Part shown: in pieces, positions 7,113 through 15,162 of the stretch
Position numbering within the stretch: position 1 is the stretch's first letter
How the letters are laid out: every line of letters starts with the position of its first letter
Source of the DNA: a virus
Lineage: Duplodnaviria; Caudoviricetes
Length of the DNA stretch: 27,823 nucleotides
Reading direction: 5' to 3' (one strand)
IMG/VR virus record: IMGVR_UViG_3300030372_000610
Span: 1-27,823 of that record
Position numbers and translations under genes: made by a program
The notes under the pieces: generated by a model
Told to the model about the DNA's origin: nothing
Seen by the model: only the letters and a program-made list of their open reading frames with translations
The model's database searches: none

Positions 7113-8024
7113 ATGTCAGAAAAATTAGCTGAAGAAAAAGTTGAAACAACCGAAGAGGAAAAAGATGTTGAAGTTACTTTGGAAGAAAATGTTGAGTCTG
7201 CTAGTGTGGATACAGCAGAAACTGCACCTAATACTGGACAGTCTGAACAAAAGACAGAAGAGCCAGATGACAAAGAATTACAAGATGTCGGTAAAAGGGC
7301 ACAAGATAGGATCAAAAAGCTCACAACCAAGTACAAAAACGAAGAAAGAGCCAAGCAAGAGGCGGAGAGGAAGGCCCAGGAAGCATCTTTAGAGAATCAA
7401 CAACTCAAAGAAAGATTAAAAAATCTTGATCATGGGTATATATCAGAATATGGAACTCGCCTTGATGCACAACTTGAACAGGCAAAAAAGAACTATCGAG
7501 ATGCCCATGAAGCTGGTGATGTGGATAAAATGTTTGATGCACAACAAGCTCTTTCAAAGATATCGATTGAGCAAGAGCGTCATCGAATAGCTAAAGATAG
7601 GCAAGAGGCACAGGTTAAGCAAGTAGAACAACAAGATCAACAGCCTCAAGCTCAACCACAGCCTCAACAAGCACCTGTAGATCCAAAGGCACAGGCTTGG
7701 GCAGAAAAGAATGAATGGTTTGGTGAAGATCAAGTGATGACAAGCACTGCTATGGGTATTCACCAAAAATTATCAGAAGAAGGGTTTGACCTTTCATCTG
7801 ATGAGTATTATGATGAGATTGATCGTCAGTTAAAAACCTTGTTCCCAGACAAGTTTAATACTGGACGAGCAAACGGAGGAAGTGCCAGGGTCGCCCCTGC
7901 TGACACTTCCGCTTCACGCAAAAAACAGGGACGCAGAACTGTTAGATTGTCTCCTTCGCAGGTGGCAATAGCTAAAAAACTTAACGTACCTCTTGAAGAG
8001 TACGCAAAGTATGTAAAGGAGTAG
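7113..8024 (+). CDS. Capsid scaffolding-like protein
   Basis: Acidic N-terminus, long coiled coil, W..KN.WFG and a C-terminal helix hairpin (LSPSQVAIAKKLNVPLEEYAK). Lies upstream of the MCP. Confidence 0.7.
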   Translation: MSEKLAEEKVETTEEEKDVEVTLEENVESASVDTAETAPNTGQSEQKTEEPDDKELQDVGKRAQDRIKKLTTKYKNEERAKQEAERKAQEASLENQQLKERLKNLDHGYISEYGTRLDAQLEQAKKNYRDAHEAGDVDKMFDAQQALSKISIEQERHRIAKDRQEAQVKQVEQQDQQPQAQPQPQQAPVDPKAQAWAEKNEWFGEDQVMTSTAMGIHQKLSEEGFDLSSDEYYDEIDRQLKTLFPDKFNTGRANGGSARVAPADTSASRKKQGRRTVRLSPSQVAIAKKLNVPLEEYAKYVKE

Positions 8025-8486
8025 ATGATGACAGATCGAACTAAAAGAGAAGCGAATACACGGGCAAACGCTACCCGTAGAAAACCCTGGTCACCACCGA
8101 GCAGACTTGAAGCTCCAAAACCACCAGAAGGATATAGGCAGAGATGGATAAGAACCAACATTCGAGGCGAGGAGGATCAAATGAACGTCCACGCTAAATT
8201 AAGAGAAGGTTGGGAACCTGTTCGTGCTGACGAATATCCAGACAGTGAATTTTCTACTATTACAGAAGGAAAACACGCTGGTGTGATTGGTCAAGGAGGC
8301 TTGATACTGGCTAGGATACCTGAAGAGACGGCATTGGAAAGAAACGATTACTATCGGGGTCGTACCCGCAACCAAATGACGGCTGTTGATGAAAACTTAA
8401 TGAAGGAGTCACATCCTTCAATGCCTATCCAAAAGGAAAGGCAAAGTCGTGTAACATTTGGAGGAAACCGAAAAGGTGAATCCTAA
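8025..8486 (+). CDS. Conserved head-module protein of unknown function
   Basis: AAGGAG SD. RKPW.PP, RWIR and LREGWEPV motifs; lies between the scaffold and capsid genes. Start is 8025 or 8028. Confidence 0.8.
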   Translation: MMTDRTKREANTRANATRRKPWSPPSRLEAPKPPEGYRQRWIRTNIRGEEDQMNVHAKLREGWEPVRADEYPDSEFSTITEGKHAGVIGQGGLILARIPEETALERNDYYRGRTRNQMTAVDENLMKESHPSMPIQKERQSRVTFGGNRKGES

Positions 8487-8515
8487 TGAAATTTTAATTT
8501 TAACTAGGAGGTTTT

Positions 8516-9139
8516 ATGGCTAACGTAAGCTTAAAATTCGGCTTAAAACCAATCAATGGTTTTGGCGGTACTACTGCTGATGGAGTAACTCAATACTTTA
8601 TCGCAAGTGATGCTTCAGCTATTTACCAAGGTTCACCTGTAATTGTTGAATTAACAGGTGGAACTATTGCAATAGGTTCAGCAACTGGTGATACAAAACA
8701 GTTGTTAGGCGTTTTTGCAGGGTGTGAATATGTTGATGCAACAACAGGAAAACTAAAGTTTTCTAACTACTGGCCTGGTTCTGGGTCAGCAGATACTAAC
8801 CACGATATAAAAGGTTTCGTGTATGATAACCCTATGCAAAGATTTATCGTTGCATCTGACGGAACAAACACCAATAAGGCAACTGCTAGAGTAGATATTT
8901 TTAAAACAGTTGAACTTGAGAATGGTGCTGCAGGAAGTACAACTACCGGTATTTCTACTGCTCAGATCGATATATCTACAGCGGAGGATTCAGATCCGTC
9001 TAATCCTTTAATGATATTGGGTATACATGATGATCCTACAAATGCTGATCATTCAGCAGCTGGGGTTAACTATATCGTTAAAATTAACAATCATATCTTC
9101 TTCAGTTCTGTTGGAGATTCTGATGCAGCTATTTCTTAA
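8516..9139 (+). CDS. Putative capsid decoration/cement protein
   Basis: Strong AGGAGG SD. Beta-rich (IYQGSPV, LLGVFAGCEY, VYDNP); immediately before the MCP. Confidence 0.6.
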   Translation: MANVSLKFGLKPINGFGGTTADGVTQYFIASDASAIYQGSPVIVELTGGTIAIGSATGDTKQLLGVFAGCEYVDATTGKLKFSNYWPGSGSADTNHDIKGFVYDNPMQRFIVASDGTNTNKATARVDIFKTVELENGAAGSTTTGISTAQIDISTAEDSDPSNPLMILGIHDDPTNADHSAAGVNYIVKINNHIFFSSVGDSDAAIS

Positions 9140-9151
9140 AGGAGATTAATT

Positions 9152-10060
9152 ATGGCGATAAGTAGAGCACAATTATCTAAAGAGCTAGAGCCAGGTCTTA
9201 ATGCTCTTTTTGGAATGGAGTATGCTAGATACGAAAATCAGCACTCTGAAATTTTCACAACTGAAACATCAGACAGATCTTTTGAAGAAGAAGTAATGCT
9301 ATCTGGTTTTGGTGCTGCACCGACTAAGTCGGAAGGTACTGGAGTGGCATTCGATGATGCAAATGAAGCTTATACTGCAAGGTATAACCATGAGACTATT
9401 GCTTTAGCATTCAGTATCACAGAGGAGGCTGTTGAAGATAATCTTTATGACAGACTTTCTGGTAGATACACAAAAGCTTTAGCACGTTCAATGGCACACA
9501 CCAAGCAAGTTAAAGCTGCAGCTGTATTAAACAATGCGTTTGATAGCACTGTTACAGGCGGTGACGGCAAGGAACTCTGTGCAACAGATCATCCATTAAC
9601 AAATGGATCAACTTTTGCAAATGAACCTTCAACTGCGGCAGACCTTAATGAAACATCTCTTGAAGATGCCTTGATTAAGATTGCTGGATTTGTTGACGAA
9701 AGAGGTCTTATTGTAGCATTGAGAGGAATGAAGTTAATTATTCCTAGACAGTTACAATTTGTTGCTGAGAGAATTATGAACTCAACATTGCGTGTAGCAA
9801 CTTCAGATAACGATCTTAATGCACTCAAGAGCATGGGTATGTTACCAGAAGGTTATGTCGTTAATGACTTCTTAACTGATACAGATGCATTCTTCATTAT
9901 GACAGACACTCCTCGTGGGTTCTTGCATTTTGAGCGTGTAGCTTTATCAACTGGTATGGAAGCAGACTTCGATACTGGAAACATGAGATATAAAGCTCGT
10001 GAGAGATATTCTTTTGGATTCTCTGATCCAAGATGTGTATTTGGTTCACCAGGTGCATAA
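9152..10060 (+). CDS. Major capsid protein (HK97 fold expected)
   Basis: AAGGAG SD. MAISRAQLSKELEPGLNALFG...EEAVEDNLY...GGDG...HPL...DFDTGNMRYKARERYSFG.SDPR; followed by an intrinsic terminator. Confidence 0.9.
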   Translation: MAISRAQLSKELEPGLNALFGMEYARYENQHSEIFTTETSDRSFEEEVMLSGFGAAPTKSEGTGVAFDDANEAYTARYNHETIALAFSITEEAVEDNLYDRLSGRYTKALARSMAHTKQVKAAAVLNNAFDSTVTGGDGKELCATDHPLTNGSTFANEPSTAADLNETSLEDALIKIAGFVDERGLIVALRGMKLIIPRQLQFVAERIMNSTLRVATSDNDLNALKSMGMLPEGYVVNDFLTDTDAFFIMTDTPRGFLHFERVALSTGMEADFDTGNMRYKARERYSFGFSDPRCVFGSPGA

Positions 10061-10084
10061 CTGAAAAATAAATTCTGGGATTAG

Positions 10085-10114
10085 AAGGGCGGCACTTGCC
10101 GTCCTTTTTTATTT
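10085..10114 (+). terminator. Intrinsic terminator after the MCP
   Basis: Stem AAGGGCGGC, loop ACTT, stem GCCGTCCTT, then a T-run. Confidence 0.9.
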
Positions 10115-10124
10115 GTGGTATGAT
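10096..10124 (+). promoter_or_regulatory. Sigma70-type promoter overlapping the terminator
   Basis: TTGCCG-N17-TATGAT with an extended -10 TG at 10116-10117. Predicted +1 is ~10131. Confidence 0.65.
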
Positions 10125-10130
10125 TTATAT

Positions 10131-10205
10131 GAAATAATAGTTTTTACTCATTATTTCCTCCCAAGGAAAAAACTTTGCCAGATTGCATTGCAATCTGGTT
10201 TTTTT
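10131..10205 (+). ncRNA. Candidate ~75-nt small RNA with anti-SD/anti-start segment
   Basis: Bounded by a promoter and a terminator. 5' hairpin GAAATAAT/ATTATTTC, a CCTCCC motif, and no usable + strand ORF. Confidence 0.55.
10178..10205 (+). terminator. Second intrinsic terminator
   Basis: CCAGATTGC, loop ATT, GCAATCTGG, followed by 7 T. Confidence 0.85.
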
Positions 10206-10216
10206 CATTATATAAA
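10188..10216 (+). promoter_or_regulatory. Candidate promoter for downstream structural genes
   Basis: TTGCAA-N17-TATAAA (lacks the -7 T). Predicted +1 is ~10223. Confidence 0.45.
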
Positions 10217-10272
10217 TAATCAACCGACAATCGCATAATGTGATTGACATTTGCCAAGACGGGAGATTTCAA

Positions 10273-11151
10273 ATGGCTAATACAACCTTTTCTGGACCTA
10301 TAAGGTCACAAAATGGAATGAAGTTAATCAGTAAAGATTCTACTACTGGTTTAATTCAAGATAGAACTCTTGGGGATTACCCACAAGATACAAGACGTTT
10401 TTATTTAGAAGAATGGTTTTTACAAAGACCTGGCTTAAATGCAAATATTGACCAAGCCGCCACAGTTGAAGTTCAAAGAGCTTTGAATAGAAACTGGGAA
10501 GCACTTGGAACAAATATGACTACTGCTTTATGTACTTTTAATACTACATCAGCAGGAATTGTAGCAACAACAGCAGGTGCTGATCAAGACCAAGCAATCA
10601 TTACTCCACATTTAGATACTGCTGCAACAGCATGGGCAGGGTGTTTATGGGGTACTGAAAACCAAGTGCACTTTGAAACATCAATAGCATTACCTGCAAT
10701 TGATAATCAAAAAGCATATGCTGGTTTAAAACTAACTAATGATCAATTGATAGCAACAGACGCTGATCAAGCATATTTTAAGTTTCAAACAGATGCTACA
10801 AACTCTGAATCTTTTGATGATTTTACAAAACTGCATTTTGTTCACAGTATTGGCGGCACAGATCATATCAGTGTTTTACCGATAACTGTGGCTGCGAGTA
10901 CAATTTATCATTTAAAAATTGAATTTGATAGTTCAAGACAAATGTCAATTTTTGTAAATGGTACTCAGTATAATGTGACAAGCACAGCTGGTTCTACAGG
11001 TGGTACATCAGTTACAACTGGTACAACTAAATCAGCGGCTATGACAGATGATGTTGATTTAATTCCTTATATTGGAATTGAAGCTGGTGCTGCTGCGGCA
11101 GAGGCTATTCATATTCATTATGTTAAAATGAGCAGAATAATTAACGAGTAA
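10273..11151 (+). CDS. Putative minor capsid/head-fibre protein with beta-sandwich (lectin-like) domain
   Basis: GGGAG SD before ATG 10273 (MANTTFSGPIRS). C-terminal YHLKIEFD...IFVNG pattern resembles a ConA-like fold. Confidence 0.6.
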   Translation: MANTTFSGPIRSQNGMKLISKDSTTGLIQDRTLGDYPQDTRRFYLEEWFLQRPGLNANIDQAATVEVQRALNRNWEALGTNMTTALCTFNTTSAGIVATTAGADQDQAIITPHLDTAATAWAGCLWGTENQVHFETSIALPAIDNQKAYAGLKLTNDQLIATDADQAYFKFQTDATNSESFDDFTKLHFVHSIGGTDHISVLPITVAASTIYHLKIEFDSSRQMSIFVNGTQYNVTSTAGSTGGTSVTTGTTKSAAMTDDVDLIPYIGIEAGAAAAEAIHIHYVKMSRIINE

Positions 11152-11166
11152 ACTTAGGAGGTTAAA

Positions 11167-11568
11167 ATGGCTGATGCAGTAGCAACTCAAACCATTCTTG
11201 ACGGTCCAAAGTATGCAGTTTTAAAATTCACAAACATAAGTGATGGCACTGGAGAAAGTGCCGTCACTAAAGTTGATGTAAGTGGTCTAGCTACAAGTGC
11301 AGATGGTAGCACTTGTACAGGTGCTACAATACAAAAGATCTGGTGGCAATGCACGGGTATGAAAGTTAATATCCTATTTGATGCCACATCAGATGTTTTG
11401 GCTATTCAACTTGGTGAAAATCAATCTGGTCATCACGACTACACATCTTTTGGTGGTATACCAAATAATGGAGGTTCTGGTGTAACAGGTGATATAAAAT
11501 TTACAACTGTTGGACACGATAACACAGACACATATACAGTAATTCTTTATCTTAGAAAAGAATACTAA
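11167..11568 (+). CDS. Virion structural protein (unknown)
   Basis: AGGAGG SD. Beta-rich, GGIPNN...TGDI.FTT. Confidence 0.75.
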   Translation: MADAVATQTILDGPKYAVLKFTNISDGTGESAVTKVDVSGLATSADGSTCTGATIQKIWWQCTGMKVNILFDATSDVLAIQLGENQSGHHDYTSFGGIPNNGGSGVTGDIKFTTVGHDNTDTYTVILYLRKEY

Positions 11569-11570
11569 AA

Positions 11571-11783
11571 ATGAAAATGTCTCAGAATCAAAGACTTGAG
11601 ATTTCTTTGGCTAAACTTGAAGAAAGAGTCGAGTCTATTCAAGATGATATGAGAGAATTAAAAACAGATGTAACCCAACTTCGTGCTACTGCTGATAAGT
11701 GGAGAGGTGGATTTTGGGTTATGATGGCCTTGGGCGGTGTTGTTGGCGTTGTGGCTAATCTAGCAATGGGTTGGTTTAAATGA
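11571..11783 (+). CDS. Coiled-coil plus C-terminal TM protein (XhlA-like architecture)
   Basis: Heptad region LAKLEERVESIQDDMRELKTDV, then GGFWVMMALGGVVGVVANL. Confidence 0.7.
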   Translation: MKMSQNQRLEISLAKLEERVESIQDDMRELKTDVTQLRATADKWRGGFWVMMALGGVVGVVANLAMGWFK

Positions 11784-12013
11784 CAATATCCCGTTCAAAT
11801 ATTCCTAAACAAATAACTACTGGAGGTAGAAAAATGAAGAAAAAAGGTTACTCAAGAGGTGGAGCAGCTATGGTTAGTCCTCGTAAAATGATGGCTAAAG
11901 GCATGAAGATGGGCGGTAAAGTTAAGGGTATGAAAAAAGGCGGTAAAGTTATGACTCTTTCTGCTATTAAAGCTGCTGCTAAGAAAAAAGGTTATAAGTT
12001 AGTCAAAGCTTAA
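11780..12013 (+). CDS. Small basic K/M/G-rich protein with repeated xxxGG motifs
   Basis: ATGA coupled. Contains ITTGG, YSRGG, MKMGG and MKKGG. A second in-frame start at 11834 has a GGAGGT SD. Confidence 0.8.
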   Translation: MTISRSNIPKQITTGGRKMKKKGYSRGGAAMVSPRKMMAKGMKMGGKVKGMKKGGKVMTLSAIKAAAKKKGYKLVKA

Positions 12014-12687
12014 TGCCTTATTTACAGAGTAATATTCCTCACTTTAAATGTTGGGTGAGAAGAGAATATACTTGTAATCATCTTAGATACCACGGAGAGT
12101 TTTTACATGCTATGGCTGTTGCTGTGACAACTATGCCTAATAGATGTTTAAGCTTTCAAATGATATTCACTGGTTCAGAGGTAGACGACACAGATGATCC
12201 TAATGTTCATGGTGGAGCTATGTGGGCAAGAATGCCTATAACAGCACTCATGGCTGATATACCAGTAGAAGAATGGCCTGTTCCTATGGATGTGTATAAC
12301 GCACAGCCTTGGGATTGTCCTTCACACACTCATGCTGTTTATAGCTTAGATAGAGCAACTCCATGTCCCTGGTTAGCTAAAATAGAGGGTAATTTCTATC
12401 CAGCTAAATATTTGTTTACAGTTGATTATACTGATAGCGAAATAGCAGATGATCCAGCACAACATAAACAAAGTCATGTTATGTATTTATTAGATGCTGG
12501 TGAGTGGACAGGTAATATTGTAGCATTGCCAAACAACAGAGTTCGTGTTACACATCCAGCATGGTTTGAAACAGGTGAAGGTGCACCAGATTTTTTACCT
12601 TCACAGCATATACATTATTCAAAATCTGATTTAGACTATACATTAGATGTAAATAAAATTTTTGATAATTTGTATAATGAGGATTAA
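12013..12687 (+). CDS. Conserved Cys/His/Trp-rich protein of unknown function
   Basis: TAATG coupled, 224 aa. Motifs GAMWARMPI, QPWDC, YLFTVD, HKQSH and PNNRV. Confidence 0.85.
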   Translation: MPYLQSNIPHFKCWVRREYTCNHLRYHGEFLHAMAVAVTTMPNRCLSFQMIFTGSEVDDTDDPNVHGGAMWARMPITALMADIPVEEWPVPMDVYNAQPWDCPSHTHAVYSLDRATPCPWLAKIEGNFYPAKYLFTVDYTDSEIADDPAQHKQSHVMYLLDAGEWTGNIVALPNNRVRVTHPAWFETGEGAPDFLPSQHIHYSKSDLDYTLDVNKIFDNLYNED

Positions 12688-13353
12688 ATGACAACTTCGG
12701 ATTCAAGAGACTTTGATTTAGATGTAGGTGAGATCGTAGAGGAAGCATACGAAAGATGCGGTCTTGAGGTTAGAACAGGTTATGATGCAAGAACAGCTAG
12801 ACGTTCTCTTAACATCATGTTTTCTGAATGGGCAAACAGAGGACTTAATTTATGGACAGTAAATTCAGCAACACAAGCTCTTACAAGCGGAACATCTAGT
12901 TATACTTTTACTGCTGATTACACAGATTTGTTAGAAGTTGTTCTTAGAAGAAGTGGTACAGATTTTAGTATGTCAAAGATATCGAGAGGTGAATACCTAA
13001 ATTTACCAAGTAAAACTCAAACAGGAAGACCTTCACAGTATTACTTTGATAGACAAATTACTCCTAAAATATTCTTGTGGCCTACTCCAGAGAATAGCAC
13101 AGATACTTTAGAGTATTTCTATGTTAGAAGAATACAAGATGCGGATACTCTGCAAAATACATCAGATGTTCCTTTTCGTTTTCTACCTTGCATGGTGGCA
13201 GGTCTTTCTTATTATCTGTCAATAAAACGTGCACCAGAAAGAACACAGTTATTAAAGTCTGTTTATGAAGAAGAGTTTCAAAGAGCAGCAGCCGAGGATG
13301 AGGATAAAGTGGCTTTAACTTTAACACCCGATATTAAATACTTGAGTGTCTGA
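12688..13353 (+). CDS. Head-tail adaptor / tail tubular A-like protein
   Basis: GAGG SD. EEAYERCG...SLN.MF.EWANRGLNLW...GRP.QY...LWPTP; position in the neck module. Confidence 0.7.
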   Translation: MTTSDSRDFDLDVGEIVEEAYERCGLEVRTGYDARTARRSLNIMFSEWANRGLNLWTVNSATQALTSGTSSYTFTADYTDLLEVVLRRSGTDFSMSKISRGEYLNLPSKTQTGRPSQYYFDRQITPKIFLWPTPENSTDTLEYFYVRRIQDADTLQNTSDVPFRFLPCMVAGLSYYLSIKRAPERTQLLKSVYEEEFQRAAAEDEDKVALTLTPDIKYLSV

Positions 13354-13862
13354 TGGGACGATTTGCTACAGGCAAAAACTCTTATGGTATATCAGACAGA
13401 TCTGGGTTTCGTTATCGTTTACGAGACATGAGAAAAGAATGGAATGGTCTTTTTGTAGGTAAAGATGAGTTTGAACCAAAACATCCTCAAATAGATTTAC
13501 GAGTAAAAACAGCAGACGCTGAAGCAATTAAAGATGCTAGACCAGATAGAGAAGAGCCATCTGTTTCTGTTATTTTACCTCACAATCCATTTAAAACTGG
13601 AAGTGGTGGAAGCAGTCCTACAACTGTTACAGTGACAGAACCAGCACATGGAAGATCTGCTTCAAGCACAGTTCGTTTTAGAGATGTATCACCTTTTGAT
13701 GGTATATCAAGTGCTACTATACAAGGTTCATCTGGCTTTACAATTCAATCTGTGGTAGATACAAATAGGTACACTATAAGCGTAACTGCTACAGCTACGT
13801 TAGGTAATACCACAGGTGGTGGCGGTATTGCATCTGCTGGACCCGTGACGTTGGAGAGTTAA
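13353..13862 (+). CDS. Neck/head-completion protein with appended beta domain
   Basis: ISDRSGFRY...EWNG...EPKHPQ N-terminus, then a TVTVTEPAHG-type domain. Confidence 0.6.
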   Translation: MGRFATGKNSYGISDRSGFRYRLRDMRKEWNGLFVGKDEFEPKHPQIDLRVKTADAEAIKDARPDREEPSVSVILPHNPFKTGSGGSSPTTVTVTEPAHGRSASSTVRFRDVSPFDGISSATIQGSSGFTIQSVVDTNRYTISVTATATLGNTTGGGGIASAGPVTLES

Positions 13863-14717
13863 ATGAGTTACACATTAACAACATTAAGAACATCTATCCA
13901 AGATTATACTGAGAATGATGAAACAACTTTTGTTTTTAATTTAAGAAACTTCATTCGATCTACAGAAAATCGTCTTTTTAAGATGATTGACTTTGAAGTT
14001 TTTCGTAAAAATGTAACAAGTGCTACGACTTCTTCAGATAGATTTTTGTCTGTTCCAACAGATTTCTTTTCACCTTTTAGTTTATCAATAACAGTTTCAA
14101 GTAATTTAGTTTTTCTGTTAGAGAAAGATGTAAACTTTGTTCAAGAATATCACCCTAATCCTGCGACTACAGGTGTTCCTAAATACTATGCACGATTTGA
14201 TGTGGATAATTTTATATTATCTCCTACACCTAATAGCAATTATCCAGTTGAGTTACATTATTATTACAGACCAACAAGTTTAGCTGATAGTACAATTCAA
14301 TTAACTGTTTCTTCAGCATCAAGTTTTGCGGTAGGAGAAACAATAACAGGTTCCTCCAGCGGTGTTACAGCTACTATTGACAGTAAAAATGATAGCGATA
14401 ATAAATTAACAATCATCGTACCAACAACTGGTTTTACCAATGGTGAGACAATAACAGGTAGTACAACTTCTCATAGTTCTGCTATATCCGCTATATCAAG
14501 TGATACTACAACATCCTGGTTAAGTAAGAATGCAATTAATGCTTTACTTTACGGATCGCTTGTAGAAGCGTATATTTTTATGAAAGGAGAGGCAGATGTT
14601 ATACAATTATATGAAAGAAGGTTTATGGAAGAAGTAAGTCGTTTAAAAGATTTTGGTGAATCAAGAGAAAATAATGATGCTTATAGACAAGGGTTACCTC
14701 GTAGGCAAAGAACATAG
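13863..14717 (+). CDS. Adaptor/tail tubular-like protein with inserted GETITG domain
   Basis: GGAG SD. G.PKYYA...PTP...Y.VELHY.YRP.SL and WLS.NA..ALLYGSLVEA, separated by an S/T-rich insertion. Confidence 0.65.
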   Translation: MSYTLTTLRTSIQDYTENDETTFVFNLRNFIRSTENRLFKMIDFEVFRKNVTSATTSSDRFLSVPTDFFSPFSLSITVSSNLVFLLEKDVNFVQEYHPNPATTGVPKYYARFDVDNFILSPTPNSNYPVELHYYYRPTSLADSTIQLTVSSASSFAVGETITGSSSGVTATIDSKNDSDNKLTIIVPTTGFTNGETITGSTTSHSSAISAISSDTTTSWLSKNAINALLYGSLVEAYIFMKGEADVIQLYERRFMEEVSRLKDFGESRENNDAYRQGLPRRQRT

Positions 14718-14727
14718 GAGATAAATT

Positions 14728-15162
14728 ATGGCAACCTCAAATGCAGCAACTAACTATTTAGAAAGAAGAATATTACATTATATCTTCAAGAATAACTCGT
14801 TAAGTTTCTCAAGTCCTGGTGATAGTATTTATGTAGGACTAGCAACAGCCGTATCTGCTGCTGAAACAGGTTCATTAACAGAAGCAAGTTTTGGTGGATA
14901 TTCCAGACAACAAGTAGCAGCAGCTAGTTGGACAACAATAGGTGCTGATTCAACAGATACACAGACAGCAAAGAACACTTCAGCAATTGATTTTCCAGCT
15001 AAGACAGATAGTGGAACACAAACAATAACTCATGTATTTATTGTAGATGCAAGTTCAAGTGGTAACATATTGTTTGTAGGTGCTTTAGATGCAAGTAAGA
15101 CATTGGCAGAGGGTGATATATTTAGAATAAACGCAACAAATTTAAGTATTGAGTTGAAATAA
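14728..15162 (+). CDS. Tail-associated structural protein
   Basis: AGGAG SD. NYLE...YVGL...Y.RQ...I.FP...ITH..I.DA.SSGN.LF.G.L...K....GD.F pattern. Confidence 0.7.
   Translation: MATSNAATNYLERRILHYIFKNNSLSFSSPGDSIYVGLATAVSAAETGSLTEASFGGYSRQQVAAASWTTIGADSTDTQTAKNTSAIDFPAKTDSGTQTITHVFIVDASSSGNILFVGALDASKTLAEGDIFRINATNLSIELK

Noticed and set aside
10211-10218. TATAAATA, identical to the T4 late promoter
   Set aside because: I noticed only this one instance, in AT-rich DNA of a non-T4-like phage. It is better explained as a -10 box.
10244-10249. Perfect TTGACA -35 hexamer
   Set aside because: No -10 box at 16-18 nt spacing; it is part of the leader structure.
182-10272. Track start positions 182, 3389, 6349 and 10240
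   Set aside because: Downstream ATGs (212, 3431, 6451, 10273) fit SD or stop-start coupling better and avoid long overlaps.
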